Shown one piece after another: positions 46,804 through 54,307 of a DNA stretch of 64,000 nt. The stretch lies in the IMG/VR virus record IMGVR_UViG_3300003323_000567, positions 32,001 to 96,000 of that record. One strand, given 5' to 3'. Source of the DNA: a virus. Each line of letters opens with the position of its first letter. The first letter of the stretch is position 1. The notes below the pieces were generated by a model that was not told the DNA's origin, did no database searches, and saw nothing but the letters and a program-made list of their open reading frames with translations. The translations under genes and the position numbers were made by a program.

Positions 46804-47035
46804 TATACTTGGTTTTAATTGTGGTGTTTGTGTTAGGATACTACTACCCAAAGAATCTATAGTTCTCTAGGTAGTAGTTTTGGATCGTTTTTCGGGGCTA
46901 TCCTGTGTGTTTGGTCTTATTTCTTCTTTTATTTTGTCTTGCCTTTTCTCTCCTTTCCATTATATGGCATAACCACATAATTACAGAGATAGCCAGGATA
47001 TTTATATTCTCAAGCCATCTCTTCATGGTTTGGAT

Positions 47036-47233
47036 TTAGCTTAGGCAATAGTATAGTATCATCTTAGCTCTGTGCATCCTTGCTATGTCATTAGTTGCAG
47101 CACCTGCTCTTATTTCTTCTGAATAGAGCTTAGCTACTCCTATTGACCCCAGGGGAAGTCTAGGATAACCATTGATCTTGGTATGGAACTTAACTCTCTT
47201 AAGTTCTTCATTATCAAGTCGTTGTACTATCAT
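47036..47233 (-). CDS. hypothetical protein
   Basis: 65-aa ORF. Confidence 0.55.
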   Translation of the reverse strand: MIVQRLDNEELKRVKFHTKINGYPRLPLGSIGVAKLYSEEIRAGAATNDIARMHRAKMILYYCLS

Positions 47234-47236
47234 AGC

Positions 47237-47653
47237 TTAGAATTTTATTTGTACAGGTCGATAACCTTTGTTGGACCAATGATCTATTAATCCAAAATAG
47301 GGCTTCAGGAAGTCTCTAATGCTCTCAAGTCTGTTTTGAAGGTGATTATTGGTATAAACACTGCTACCTTCCCACAGGATGTTATGAAGATCTCTGGATT
47401 GTATTATCCAAAGTATTCCTTTTACCTCTTCCCAGCCTGATTTTGCATTGTTAAATTCGTTAAGGTGCTCAATAGCCCATCCAATGGTATCATACCAGCT
47501 GTTTGTCCACTCTTTGGGCAATGGTGGATGGGCATAAAATGTTTGTGGTTCAACTTTCCAGAACTCACAAGCTTGTTTATCCAGCTCTCCATGAGCTATA
47601 TTCTTCCCTTGGGGATCAGTGATTTCAAATAGTCTTTGATGTCTTGGTGGCAT
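47237..47653 (-). CDS. hypothetical protein
   Basis: Start at MPPRHQ. Confidence 0.65.
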   Translation of the reverse strand: MPPRHQRLFEITDPQGKNIAHGELDKQACEFWKVEPQTFYAHPPLPKEWTNSWYDTIGWAIEHLNEFNNAKSGWEEVKGILWIIQSRDLHNILWEGSSVYTNNHLQNRLESIRDFLKPYFGLIDHWSNKGYRPVQIKF

Positions 47654-47672
47654 ATAATGTGGGTTTATATGG

Positions 47673-47873
47673 TTAATCAAACTCTTTGTTCATCTGTTCC
47701 CATTCTTCAGGAGTAATGCCACTAAGGATGAATTCCCTCATTGCAGCAGGTACATTGGGCATAGCACGCTGTATTGCCATGCCATCTTCCCAGACTTTTA
47801 GCTGCTCTTCTGTGACATCAATGTCTAATGTATGGACTTTCCCACTGTACTGGGATGTTCTAGTTATTTGCAT
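47673..47873 (-). CDS. small phage protein
   Basis: SGK.HT.DI.VT...L..W..G..IQ.A.PN.....REF..SGITPEEW. Confidence 0.7.
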   Translation of the reverse strand: MQITRTSQYSGKVHTLDIDVTEEQLKVWEDGMAIQRAMPNVPAAMREFILSGITPEEWEQMNKEFD

Positions 47874-47890
47874 GTGGCTAGTTTTAAGGT

Positions 47891-48082
47891 TTACAATTTG
47901 TCAAAGAGGACTAATACGGTGATAAGGAGTGCAATAATGAAGAATATTCTTACTACAGCCTCAGCCCATGTCATTCTCTCATCTATCACTATTCCTCGTC
48001 CCTTTAGGTCATTTATTTCCTCCCTAAGGGAATCTATTTCCTCCATAATATCTTCATAGTCAATTTCATGTGATTCGGACAT
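47891..48082 (-). CDS. small membrane protein
   Basis: C-terminal hydrophobic helix. Confidence 0.55.
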   Translation of the reverse strand: MSESHEIDYEDIMEEIDSLREEINDLKGRGIVIDERMTWAEAVVRIFFIIALLITVLVLFDKL

Positions 48083-48435
48083 ATGACTTGTATTTTTAAT
48101 GTGGTTTGTGACTCATTTGCCTAGTTCTTTGGCTAGTTTTTCCCTCTCCTTCAAGAGTTTTATTCTTTCCTCCAATAGCCTTATGACTTCTTTGCACTCT
48201 GCAAGGTTTAGGTATATTAGGTTGTCGAGGATTTCATGCATATAATCTGTGTTTAAAGGTTATGTGGTTTATGAACGGTTTGTATTTTGGGACTTATGAC
48301 TCAGGGAAGAACGGTTTGTGTGATAGAATATCATGAATATCAAACAGTTATGTGGTATTACCAGCAAAAGAAAAAGCAAGGGCCGTAGCCCCTGCTCTGT
48401 TTAAATCATCAAGCTATCTCGTGTTCTTCCATGTA

Positions 48436-48996
48436 CTAAGCTCCAGCATCTGCCATGAGCAACTTCATGTCTTCATCACTGATCAACTTGCTCAGATCTG
48501 TGGCTTCCAACAGCTCCAGTTTCTTAGTGTCAATCTTCTGCTGCTTCAGGATCTCAAATTCCACGTTAGATGCTGCTTTCAAGGCTGCCTGAGCTTTCTT
48601 ACGTTTACTTAAGTCACTGAAGCTCAAGCTCCAACCGTATCCTATCACCTGCATGGTCTTACCAGCATTGTTGGGATCAGGTCTGTCCTGGGCAAATACT
48701 GTTGGTGTTGCTGTTAATCCCAATAGTGTACCTTCATCAAAAGCTTTCTTGAACTCAGGAGTGACGGTACAAATAGCACCCCTGAACTTAAATGTGAAGT
48801 ATTCCTGACCTTCTAAGTTTCCTCTTGTATACACACTTGCTTCACTGCCAAATTGCTCAAGTTCATCATAAGCCTGTATGGCATTTAAGGTAATAGCTTG
48901 TCTGGTATCAGCTGCTCTTGCTTTTTCAAGGGCTGATAATTCTTGTTGCAATGGCTGTGCAACCTGTTCTACTGTTGTGTTTGTTAAGTCTGCCAT
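48436..48996 (-). CDS. hypothetical protein
   Basis: 186-aa ORF followed by terminator-like hairpin near 48370-48398. Confidence 0.75.
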   Translation of the reverse strand: MADLTNTTVEQVAQPLQQELSALEKARAADTRQAITLNAIQAYDELEQFGSEASVYTRGNLEGQEYFTFKFRGAICTVTPEFKKAFDEGTLLGLTATPTVFAQDRPDPNNAGKTMQVIGYGWSLSFSDLSKRKKAQAALKAASNVEFEILKQQKIDTKKLELLEATDLSKLISDEDMKLLMADAGA

Positions 48997-49090
48997 GATT
49001 TAGTTGTTTTATTGTTGAAGAAATTTAATTCGAACGTAAGAGCACCACAGATAAGACTATCTCAGTGCTCTTTATATCCCTGTAATATCT

Positions 49091-49291
49091 TTAGGCTGAT
49101 TTTAGGTCTGCCTTTTCAATTGTGTAACCTGCTTCCTTCCATATTTGAGTCATATACATCCAACCCTCTTCAGTAGCTTTAATTGTATATGACCAATTAG
49201 CTTGTTGTGGAAATGTTACAAAATATGTATACATGTAAGCTCCTATTGTGGTCTCTGTTATTGAGCTCATTCTGTAGATAATCCTTTTCAT
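49091..49291 (-). CDS. hypothetical protein
   Basis: 66-aa ORF, first gene of the leftward arm. Confidence 0.55.
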   Translation of the reverse strand: MKRIIYRMSSITETTIGAYMYTYFVTFPQQANWSYTIKATEEGWMYMTQIWKEAGYTIEKADLKSA

Positions 49292-49299
49292 ATGCTGAG

Positions 49300-50040
49300 T
49301 TTAATGTGGCATTTTGATCTGTAGCTCAACAGGTTATCATATCCCCCAAGGGGATGCTAGAGCTTGCACTCTCTAGCTAGTCTCATTGCAAGTGTATAAC
49401 CACTTTCAGTGCATTAGTCAAATAAATGACAAGTCTTGAGACTGGATGATTAGGTCACAACTCCGTGCCTTTTTATACTGCCATACAACAGTCTTATGCC
49501 ATATAATATATCATAATGATATCATATAACATAAAGTAATGAGAGCTGCAATACTGTACTTTATATAGTACTACAGCTCTCTATCATGTTGATAATCAAT
49601 GAGTTAGATCATAGTTTGTCTAGTCACATTGGCAACTAGCTCAGGGACTCATGCATTCTAGCTCATTGATAATCAAGGACTTATAAGCTTACGAAGTGAC
49701 CAATATTTCAGTTGGGATTAACGCTTAGCAATTATAAATCCTTGAAAATCAAGCAAGTGTGAGACATATTTAAATCTCATGTGCCCCAAAGGGTCATGGG
49801 GGGATACCCCCGACACTGCGATTTTACCAAGGGGTCAAGGGACGGTGTCCCCTTATTACTCATGTATATATAATAGATTTAGGGTAGCATGTATATGCGA
49901 AGTCAAAAAGTAAAACACTTGATATCACTGCATTTGGTTTGAGTTGCTCCCACGGTGAGATACAACTTTAGACCGTTAGTAAGGAGGGGGGGCTCTTATT
50001 CTATTACCTACAGTTCCCCCTGGGCATATATAGACCCATG
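49300..50040. other. non-coding strand-switch region (candidate origin or genome end)
   Basis: No ORF; divergent transcription; repeated TGAWAATCAA boxes, palindromes, G/C runs. Confidence 0.5.
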
Positions 50041-50062
50041 TTATACAGGTTTCTCTCACATA

Positions 50063-50094
50063 TTTGGAAATTAAAGGGGAACACATTACCTTTG
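50063..50094 (+). promoter_or_regulatory. Bacteroidota-type promoter
   Basis: TTTG-N20-TACCTTTG. Confidence 0.7.
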
Positions 50095-50109
50095 GAGAAA
50101 TATAAGGAC

Positions 50110-50514
50110 ATGAGTAAATTCACAGATGACTTTTTTGCCTTTCCTATTAAGGTGTATGATGGCTTCTCTCTGAAGAAGGCCATGGATGAAGAGGATAAGG
50201 TAGGGACTGAAGCTCCTGTGCCAATTGACTGGGTAGCTGGATGGGTGAGGATACCTGTAAAGGATTTACCTAAGATGATGTGGCATGAGGGCTTTTCCAG
50301 GGAGAGAAGTGTAAAGGATGTGGCTGAGGAAGGCTTTGATCTGACTATTGTTATTACTGATAGTTATGGAGAGTTTGTGAGTACATGGCCAAGGAAGAAG
50401 TTCGAAGCTAAGCTGGATGACTTCATGGCTAAGTATCAGACCAGGGCAAAGGACTATCTATCAAGCCCGAACCCCCATATTCTCGTTCAATCTATATCCC
50501 CTGAGGGACAATAG
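50110..50514 (+). CDS. hypothetical protein
   Basis: Start moved to MSKFTDD downstream of the promoter. Confidence 0.7.
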   Translation: MSKFTDDFFAFPIKVYDGFSLKKAMDEEDKVGTEAPVPIDWVAGWVRIPVKDLPKMMWHEGFSRERSVKDVAEEGFDLTIVITDSYGEFVSTWPRKKFEAKLDDFMAKYQTRAKDYLSSPNPHILVQSISPEGQ

Positions 50515-50524
50515 AGAAAATAAA

Positions 50525-50556
50525 TTTGGAGAATTGAAATCTTGGATCTATATTTG
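50525..50556 (+). promoter_or_regulatory. promoter of tRNA operon 1
   Basis: TTTG-N20-TATATTTG. Confidence 0.8.
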
Positions 50557-50583
50557 CAGGATAAAATCTAAACAAAGAAGAAA

Positions 50584-50664
50584 ATGTACTATTCAATAGT
50601 GGATAATGGGATCATGAGAGGCGCAGAGAAATCTGCTCCAGGGGTCTCTTTGTCTACTATGTAA
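50584..50664 (+). CDS. leader peptide 1 (MYYSIVDNGIMRGAEKSAPGVSLSTM)
   Basis: Between promoter and terminator; codons 5-16 match operon-1 tRNAs; 3' part complementary to the terminator. Confidence 0.8.
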   Translation: MYYSIVDNGIMRGAEKSAPGVSLSTM

Positions 50665-50686
50665 TTGATAAACAAGTAGTTAACCA

Positions 50687-50727
50687 AGATCCCTGGAGCA
50701 CCAAAGAGCTCTGGGGATTTTTGCTTT
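50687..50727 (+). terminator. attenuator terminator 1
   Basis: ATCCCTGGAGC/GCTCTGGGGAT + T-rich tail; antiterminator 50634-50647. Confidence 0.8.
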
Positions 50728-50729
50728 AT

Positions 50730-50800
50730 GCCCTCATAGCTTAATGGTAGAGCTCGAACCTTTTAAGTTTGAGATCCAAGTTCGATCCTTGGTGGGGGTA
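50730..50800 (+). tRNA. tRNA-Lys(UUU)
   Basis: Cloverleaf, loop CTTTTAA. Confidence 0.9.
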
Positions 50801-50809
50801 CAGAAATAT

Positions 50810-50880
50810 TCCCTTGTAGCTCTAAGGTAGAGTAGATGACTCTTAATCATCGGGCGAAGGTTCGATTCCTTCCAGGGGAA
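50810..50880 (+). tRNA. tRNA-Lys(CUU)
   Basis: Cloverleaf, loop CTCTTAA. Confidence 0.9.
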
Positions 50881-50881
50881 C

Positions 50882-51058
50882 ATGGCAACTAAAGATAAGA
50901 AAATCAGGAAGCTGAAGGACAGGATAGAGAAGATGGAAGCAGATATGTATAAAGAGTTGAGACAAAAGACATCTTCAACTGCAGAGATCAGCGTACATAA
51001 GTATCAAGCCAGATTGGCTCAAATGCATCTGGAGCTTCGGGAACTCGAAAAGAAATAG
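50882..51058 (+). CDS. small coiled-coil protein (58 aa)
   Basis: Manual translation MATKDKKIRKLKDRIEKMEAD...LEKK*. Confidence 0.6.
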   Translation: MATKDKKIRKLKDRIEKMEADMYKELRQKTSSTAEISVHKYQARLAQMHLELRELEKK

Positions 51059-51059
51059 T

Positions 51060-51266
51060 ATGAAGATTACGTTTCAAGAGATGGCTCTAAGGGGTAAAGA
51101 GATCTTGTCTAGGCAGGGGCCTGTTACATTAGAGCAGGCTAGGGAGCAAGTAGAAAGACTTAAGAAGAATTCAAAATGCTCCATAGCACAGGGGTTGAGT
51201 GCATCTGCCTTACAAGCAGTCGACCTTGGTTCGAGTCCAAGTGGAGCAACCCAAAAGGAGTTATAG
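51060..51266 (+). CDS. hypothetical protein reading through tRNA-Val
   Basis: Protein-like N-terminal ~39 aa; 3' part overlaps the tRNA. Confidence 0.4.
   Translation: MKITFQEMALRGKEILSRQGPVTLEQAREQVERLKKNSKCSIAQGLSASALQAVDLGSSPSGATQKEL
51177..51249 (+). tRNA. tRNA-Val(UAC)
   Basis: Loop CTTACAA. Confidence 0.88.
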
Positions 51267-51328
51267 CTCAATGAATAGAGCCTCTGCCTTCTAAGCAGAT
51301 TATCAAGGTTTGATTCCTTGTAACTCCT
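51257..51328 (+). tRNA. tRNA-Arg(UCU)
   Basis: Loop CTTCTAA. Confidence 0.9.
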
Positions 51329-51418
51329 CAGGTCTGTTTCCAGCTTCAGCGTGGAGTACAAAAGTTGGGGTTTTCAACTGCAGTGTATTACTTTCCATAA
51401 AGTGATCTCCTGCAGCCA

Positions 51419-51490
51419 GGACAGTTAGCTCAGAGGAAGAGCAAAGAGCTGTTAACTCTTAGGCCGGGATTTCGAAATTCCCACTGTCCT
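51419..51490 (+). tRNA. tRNA-Asn(GUU)
   Basis: Loop CTGTTAA. Confidence 0.9.
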
Positions 51491-51491
51491 C

Positions 51492-51779
51492 ATGAAAGAA
51501 TATCTGTTGAGTATAGGTTTTGAACAGAAGTTACCTTGGCAGTTTCACACTGATTCTTACATGGTAACTGAACTTGAAGAAGATTCCAACTCCATACCCC
51601 TCTGGAGCATCACAAATAAGAGGTATGATGAAAAAGTTTTCAGAGGAAGAATAAGGAGTGTTGAAGAGTTTAAGCAGATCTTTATGCTTGTGAAAGAGGA
51701 TTATGACTTGACACAGGATGAAATAAGTTGGGCAACAGCTATAAGAGGTAATGAAGAATTAAATAAGATTGCGGGGTAG
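51492..51779 (+). CDS. hypothetical protein
   Basis: 95-aa ORF between tRNAs. Confidence 0.65.
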   Translation: MKEYLLSIGFEQKLPWQFHTDSYMVTELEEDSNSIPLWSITNKRYDEKVFRGRIRSVEEFKQIFMLVKEDYDLTQDEISWATAIRGNEELNKIAG

Positions 51780-51843
51780 ACTGGAGAGGTGCCAGCTCAG
51801 TCTCATAAGCTGAATGACATGGGTTCGATTCCCATCCCCGCAA
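51770..51843 (+). tRNA. tRNA-Met(CAU)
   Basis: Loop CTCATAA; acceptor TGCGGGG/CCCCGCA. Confidence 0.85.
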
Positions 51844-51911
51844 CTAATCAGGTCTCCCACCCTGGTCCAGAGGGAGAGCAATGGGGCACTTGGGGACTGC
51901 CTACCTGATAT

Positions 51912-51982
51912 GCATCACAAGCATTGTGACGATGCTCCATCCTTCCAAGTTGGAGAGCAGGGTTTGATTCCCTGGTGGTGCT
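51912..51982 (+). tRNA. tRNA-Gly(UCC)
   Basis: Loop CTTCCAA, U73. Confidence 0.85.
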
Positions 51983-51983
51983 C

Positions 51984-52211
51984 ATGGATAAGAATGAAGT
52001 AAAGAAGAGATTATATAAGGAAAACCCAGGTGCAATCTTACTGGAGGTAAGAGCAGATGGTATGTTATACCAAGCTCTCTTTAAAGGGGATGATGGGTTA
52101 CCTGATATAAACCAAAAAGTAAAATTCCTTGTTCCCTTAGGGGAAATAGGAGAAGTAGTATGGAATAGGATAATGGATGCTAAATTATTAATAAGATGGT
52201 TACAAGATTAA
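51984..52211 (+). CDS. hypothetical protein
   Basis: MDKNEVKKRLYKENP.A...F.VP..E.G......MDAKLLIRW. Confidence 0.7.
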   Translation: MDKNEVKKRLYKENPGAILLEVRADGMLYQALFKGDDGLPDINQKVKFLVPLGEIGEVVWNRIMDAKLLIRWLQD

Positions 52212-52229
52212 AAGAAGGTGAGGAGCTAT

Positions 52230-52302
52230 GCTCCCATCGTCTAATCGGTTAGGACGTTACTCTTTCAAGGTAAAAACGAGGGATCATAACCCTCTGGGAG
52301 TA
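52230..52302 (+). tRNA. tRNA-Glu(UUC)
   Basis: Loop CTTTCAA; atypical T loop ATCATAA. Confidence 0.85.
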
Positions 52303-52313
52303 CAACATATTTA

Positions 52314-52395
52314 AGCTACATTGCGGACAAATGCTCTTAACTGAGCTGAGACCTGATAGGTTTCATACAGCAATTTGTCTGTCCGCCATGTGGCT
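52314..52395 (+). ncRNA. solitary permuted stem-ACAGCAA element
   Basis: AGCTACAT-GCGGACA...GAGACCT-GAT-AGGTTTC-AT-ACAGCAA...TGTCCGC-ATGTGGCT. Confidence 0.55.
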
Positions 52396-52400
52396 AGTTC

Positions 52401-52470
52401 GAGGGTGTGGTGTAATGGTTGCATAACATCTTGTCACGGTGCAGGTTGGGGTTCGAGCCCCCCACTCTCG
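52401..52470 (+). tRNA. tRNA-Asp(GUC)
   Basis: Loop TTGTCAC, G73. Confidence 0.85.
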
Positions 52471-52478
52471 ACTTAAAT

Positions 52479-52554
52479 CGGCTCATAGTTTAAGAGGTCA
52501 AAACTCCCGACTCATAATCGGATGTTCCCAGATCATGGCTGGGTGAGCCAACCA
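52479..52554 (+). tRNA. tRNA(CAU): Met/fMet or lysidine-type Ile
   Basis: Loop CTCATAA, C1xA72 mismatch, encoded CCA, atypical T loop ATCATGG. Confidence 0.8.
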
Positions 52555-52636
52555 ATCTTGAGGGTGCATGTCCCTCAGGGACAACTAGAGGATAAAGTGG
52601 GGGAGGGTAAGAACCCCCTCTCCCCCTTTATCAAAT

Positions 52637-52708
52637 TGCCTGGTAACTCAGTGGTAGAGTGCCTCTCTGATACGGAGTGAGTGGATAGTTCGATTCTATC
52701 TCAGGCAA
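52637..52708 (+). tRNA. tRNA-Ile(GAU)
   Basis: Loop CTGATAC. Confidence 0.85.
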
Positions 52709-52772
52709 CAGTAGGGACAGCTAAGTAACTGGAAGGGATGAAAGTTAGCCTTCGGGTTCTGTCCAAACACCA

Positions 52773-52846
52773 GGGGTTACATGTACCAAGGTTGGCGAGG
52801 GATCCTTGCAAGATCTCTGAGAAGAGTTCGATTCTCTTTAGCTCCA
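52773..52846 (+). tRNA. tRNA-Ala(UGC)
   Basis: Loop CTTGCAA, G3.U70, A73; atypical D arm. Confidence 0.8.
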
Positions 52847-52854
52847 CAGATTTA

Positions 52855-52886
52855 TTTGGAAATCTCAAAAAGACTTCCTACATTTG
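52855..52886 (+). promoter_or_regulatory. promoter of tRNA operon 2
   Basis: TTTG-N20-TACATTTG. Confidence 0.8.
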
Positions 52887-52893
52887 CAACATC

Positions 52894-52962
52894 ATGACAA
52901 AAGTATTATCATATTCCAGTCTATATCTCTTGATCAAAGATCGAGCTGGGATGGTTATATAG
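52894..52962 (+). CDS. leader peptide 2 (MTKVLSYSSLYLLIKDRAGMVI)
   Basis: Nine consecutive Leu/Ser/Tyr codons matching operon-2 tRNAs. Confidence 0.8.
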   Translation: MTKVLSYSSLYLLIKDRAGMVI

Positions 52963-52984
52963 TTTTTTTTGAAACCGTGGAGGT

Positions 52985-53019
52985 GCCCCAGCTTTTCTAG
53001 GCTGGGGTTTTTTGTTTTT
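52985..53019 (+). terminator. attenuator terminator 2
   Basis: GCCCCAGC/GCTGGGGT + T run; antiterminator 52943-52956. Confidence 0.85.
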
Positions 53020-53021
53020 AT

Positions 53022-53094
53022 ACCTTGGTAGCCCAACGGAAGAGGCAGTAGTCTTAGGAACTACACAGTGTGGGTTCGAATCCCACCCTCGGTA
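53022..53094 (+). tRNA. tRNA-Leu(UAG)
   Basis: Loop CTTAGGA; short variable arm; two acceptor mismatches. Confidence 0.8.
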
Positions 53095-53179
53095 CATGTT
53101 TATAATTTGTTTTGGAGAGTGTATGTGGCTAGTAGAGTTCAATGGACTGACTACTAATTGGTTATGCAGATTGGTATAA

Positions 53180-53254
53180 GTCCCTGTGATGTAATTAGGT
53201 AACCATACCAGACTTAAAATCTGGGTTTTGTAGGTTCAAGTCCTACCAGGGATA
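53180..53254 (+). tRNA. tRNA-Leu(UAA)
   Basis: Loop CTTAAAA. Confidence 0.88.
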
Positions 53255-53259
53255 CATAA

Positions 53260-53345
53260 GGAAGGTAGCACGGGATGCTCTGTAACTAGTCTTGAAAACT
53301 AGGCCAACGTGAAGAGCGTTGATGGTTGGACTCCATTACCTTCCT
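53260..53345 (+). tRNA. tRNA-Ser(UGA)
   Basis: Loop CTTGAAA, long variable arm. Confidence 0.82.
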
Positions 53346-53352
53346 CATATAA

Positions 53353-53436
53353 GGAGAGCAAACCTAAGAAGCCTTAGGAGCAGACTGCTAATCTGACTGT
53401 CCCTTAGGGGATGTGGATCGAGACCACTACTCTCCT
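53353..53436 (+). tRNA. tRNA-Ser(GCU)
   Basis: Loop CTGCTAA, long variable arm. Confidence 0.8.
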
Positions 53437-53441
53437 CATAT

Positions 53442-53512
53442 TGAGTGGATGCCAGGGCAGCAGGCAATGTCTGTAAAACATAGGCACTAGGGTTCGAGTC
53501 CCTACCACTCAA
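53442..53512 (+). tRNA. tRNA-Tyr(GUA)
   Basis: Loop CTGTAAA. Confidence 0.82.
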
Positions 53513-53518
53513 CTTTTA

Positions 53519-53550
53519 TTTGGTAGTCTCAAATAACTACCATATATTTG
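53519..53550 (+). promoter_or_regulatory. promoter of tRNA operon 3
   Basis: TTTG-N20-TATATTTG. Confidence 0.8.
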
Positions 53551-53554
53551 CATC

Positions 53555-53635
53555 ATGAATAAAGTATTTCGTCATACGTGGTTTACCTGTCAGCCTACTC
53601 AACCAGTGGGAAGGGGTGATGTCATGTATGATTAG
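53555..53635 (+). CDS. leader peptide 3 (MNKVFRHTWFTCQPTQPVGRGDVMYD)
   Basis: Codons 5-17 use only the amino acids of operon-3 tRNAs. Confidence 0.8.
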   Translation: MNKVFRHTWFTCQPTQPVGRGDVMYD

Positions 53636-53656
53636 AATATAAAGTTCTTGCATGCC

Positions 53657-53693
53657 AACCCCCTTTCTAACCAGATTGGGGGTTTTTCTTTTT
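53657..53693 (+). terminator. attenuator terminator 3
   Basis: AACCCCC/GGGGGTT + T run; antiterminator ~53608-53627. Confidence 0.8.
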
Positions 53694-53695
53694 AT

Positions 53696-53767
53696 CTAGT
53701 TGTAGCCTAGAGGCCAGGCACTTGCTTTGGGAGCAAGATGACGCTAGTTCGATCCTAGCCAGCTAGA
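53696..53767 (+). tRNA. tRNA-Pro(UGG)
   Basis: Loop TTTGGGA. Confidence 0.88.
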
Positions 53768-53772
53768 CATAC

Positions 53773-53846
53773 TCCAGATATGCTTTGATGGTGAAGCGCC
53801 TGTCTTGTAAACAGGAATAGAGAGTGTTCGAGTCACTCATCTGGAT
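53773..53846 (+). tRNA. tRNA-Thr(UGU)
   Basis: Loop CTTGTAA. Confidence 0.85.
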
Positions 53847-53851
53847 CATTT

Positions 53852-53924
53852 GGTGCTCAAGCAATTGTGGTCAATGCACCTGTCTGAAGAGCAGGCAAAC
53901 TCAGTTCGATCCTGAGGGGTACCA
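53852..53924 (+). tRNA. tRNA-Phe(GAA)
   Basis: Loop CTGAAGA. Confidence 0.85.
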
Positions 53925-53931
53925 CTTATAA

Positions 53932-54003
53932 TGCCCTTTAGCACAATGGTAGTGCGTGAGTCTTTGGTCCTCATTATGTAAGGTTCGATTCCTACAGGGG
54001 CAT
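53932..54003 (+). tRNA. tRNA-Gln(UUG)
   Basis: Loop CTTTGGT; acceptor TGCCCTT/AGGGGCA. Confidence 0.8.
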
Positions 54004-54005
54004 CT

Positions 54006-54078
54006 GTGGAGATACCAATTCGGTGAATGGGCTTGGCTGTGAACCAGGTAAGGCAGTTCGACTCTGCACTCCACCCCA
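54006..54078 (+). tRNA. tRNA-His(GUG)
   Basis: Loop CTGTGAA, C73, encoded CCA. Confidence 0.82.
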
Positions 54079-54149
54079 CTACCCTTCGTTCAAAGGAAGG
54101 ACTTGAAGCTACGAACTTCAGGATATAGGTTCGAATCCTATAGGGTAGT
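54079..54149 (+). tRNA. tRNA-Arg(ACG)
   Basis: Loop CTACGAA. Confidence 0.88.
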
Positions 54150-54154
54150 CATAC

Positions 54155-54223
54155 ATCTCTCAGGCCATGGGGGCCAAACAGTCTCCAAAACTGCAGGATA
54201 AGGTTCGATTCCTTAGAGGGGTG
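54155..54223 (+). tRNA. tRNA-Trp(CCA)
   Basis: Loop CTCCAAA, G73. Confidence 0.82.
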
Positions 54224-54230
54224 CCGATAA

Positions 54231-54304
54231 GGCCAATTCGCCAAGTGGCAAGGCCGAGGCTTGCAAACCCTCTATCACCTGTTCGATTCAGGTATTGGCC
54301 TCCA
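54231..54304 (+). tRNA. tRNA-Cys(GCA)
   Basis: Loop TTGCAAA, U73, encoded CCA. Confidence 0.85.
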
Positions 54305-54307
54305 GGA

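Noticed and set aside
53113-53170. Extra tRNA-Ser (starts GGAGAG)
   Set aside because: No T arm or anticodon loop; only a hairpin or 27-codon ORF.
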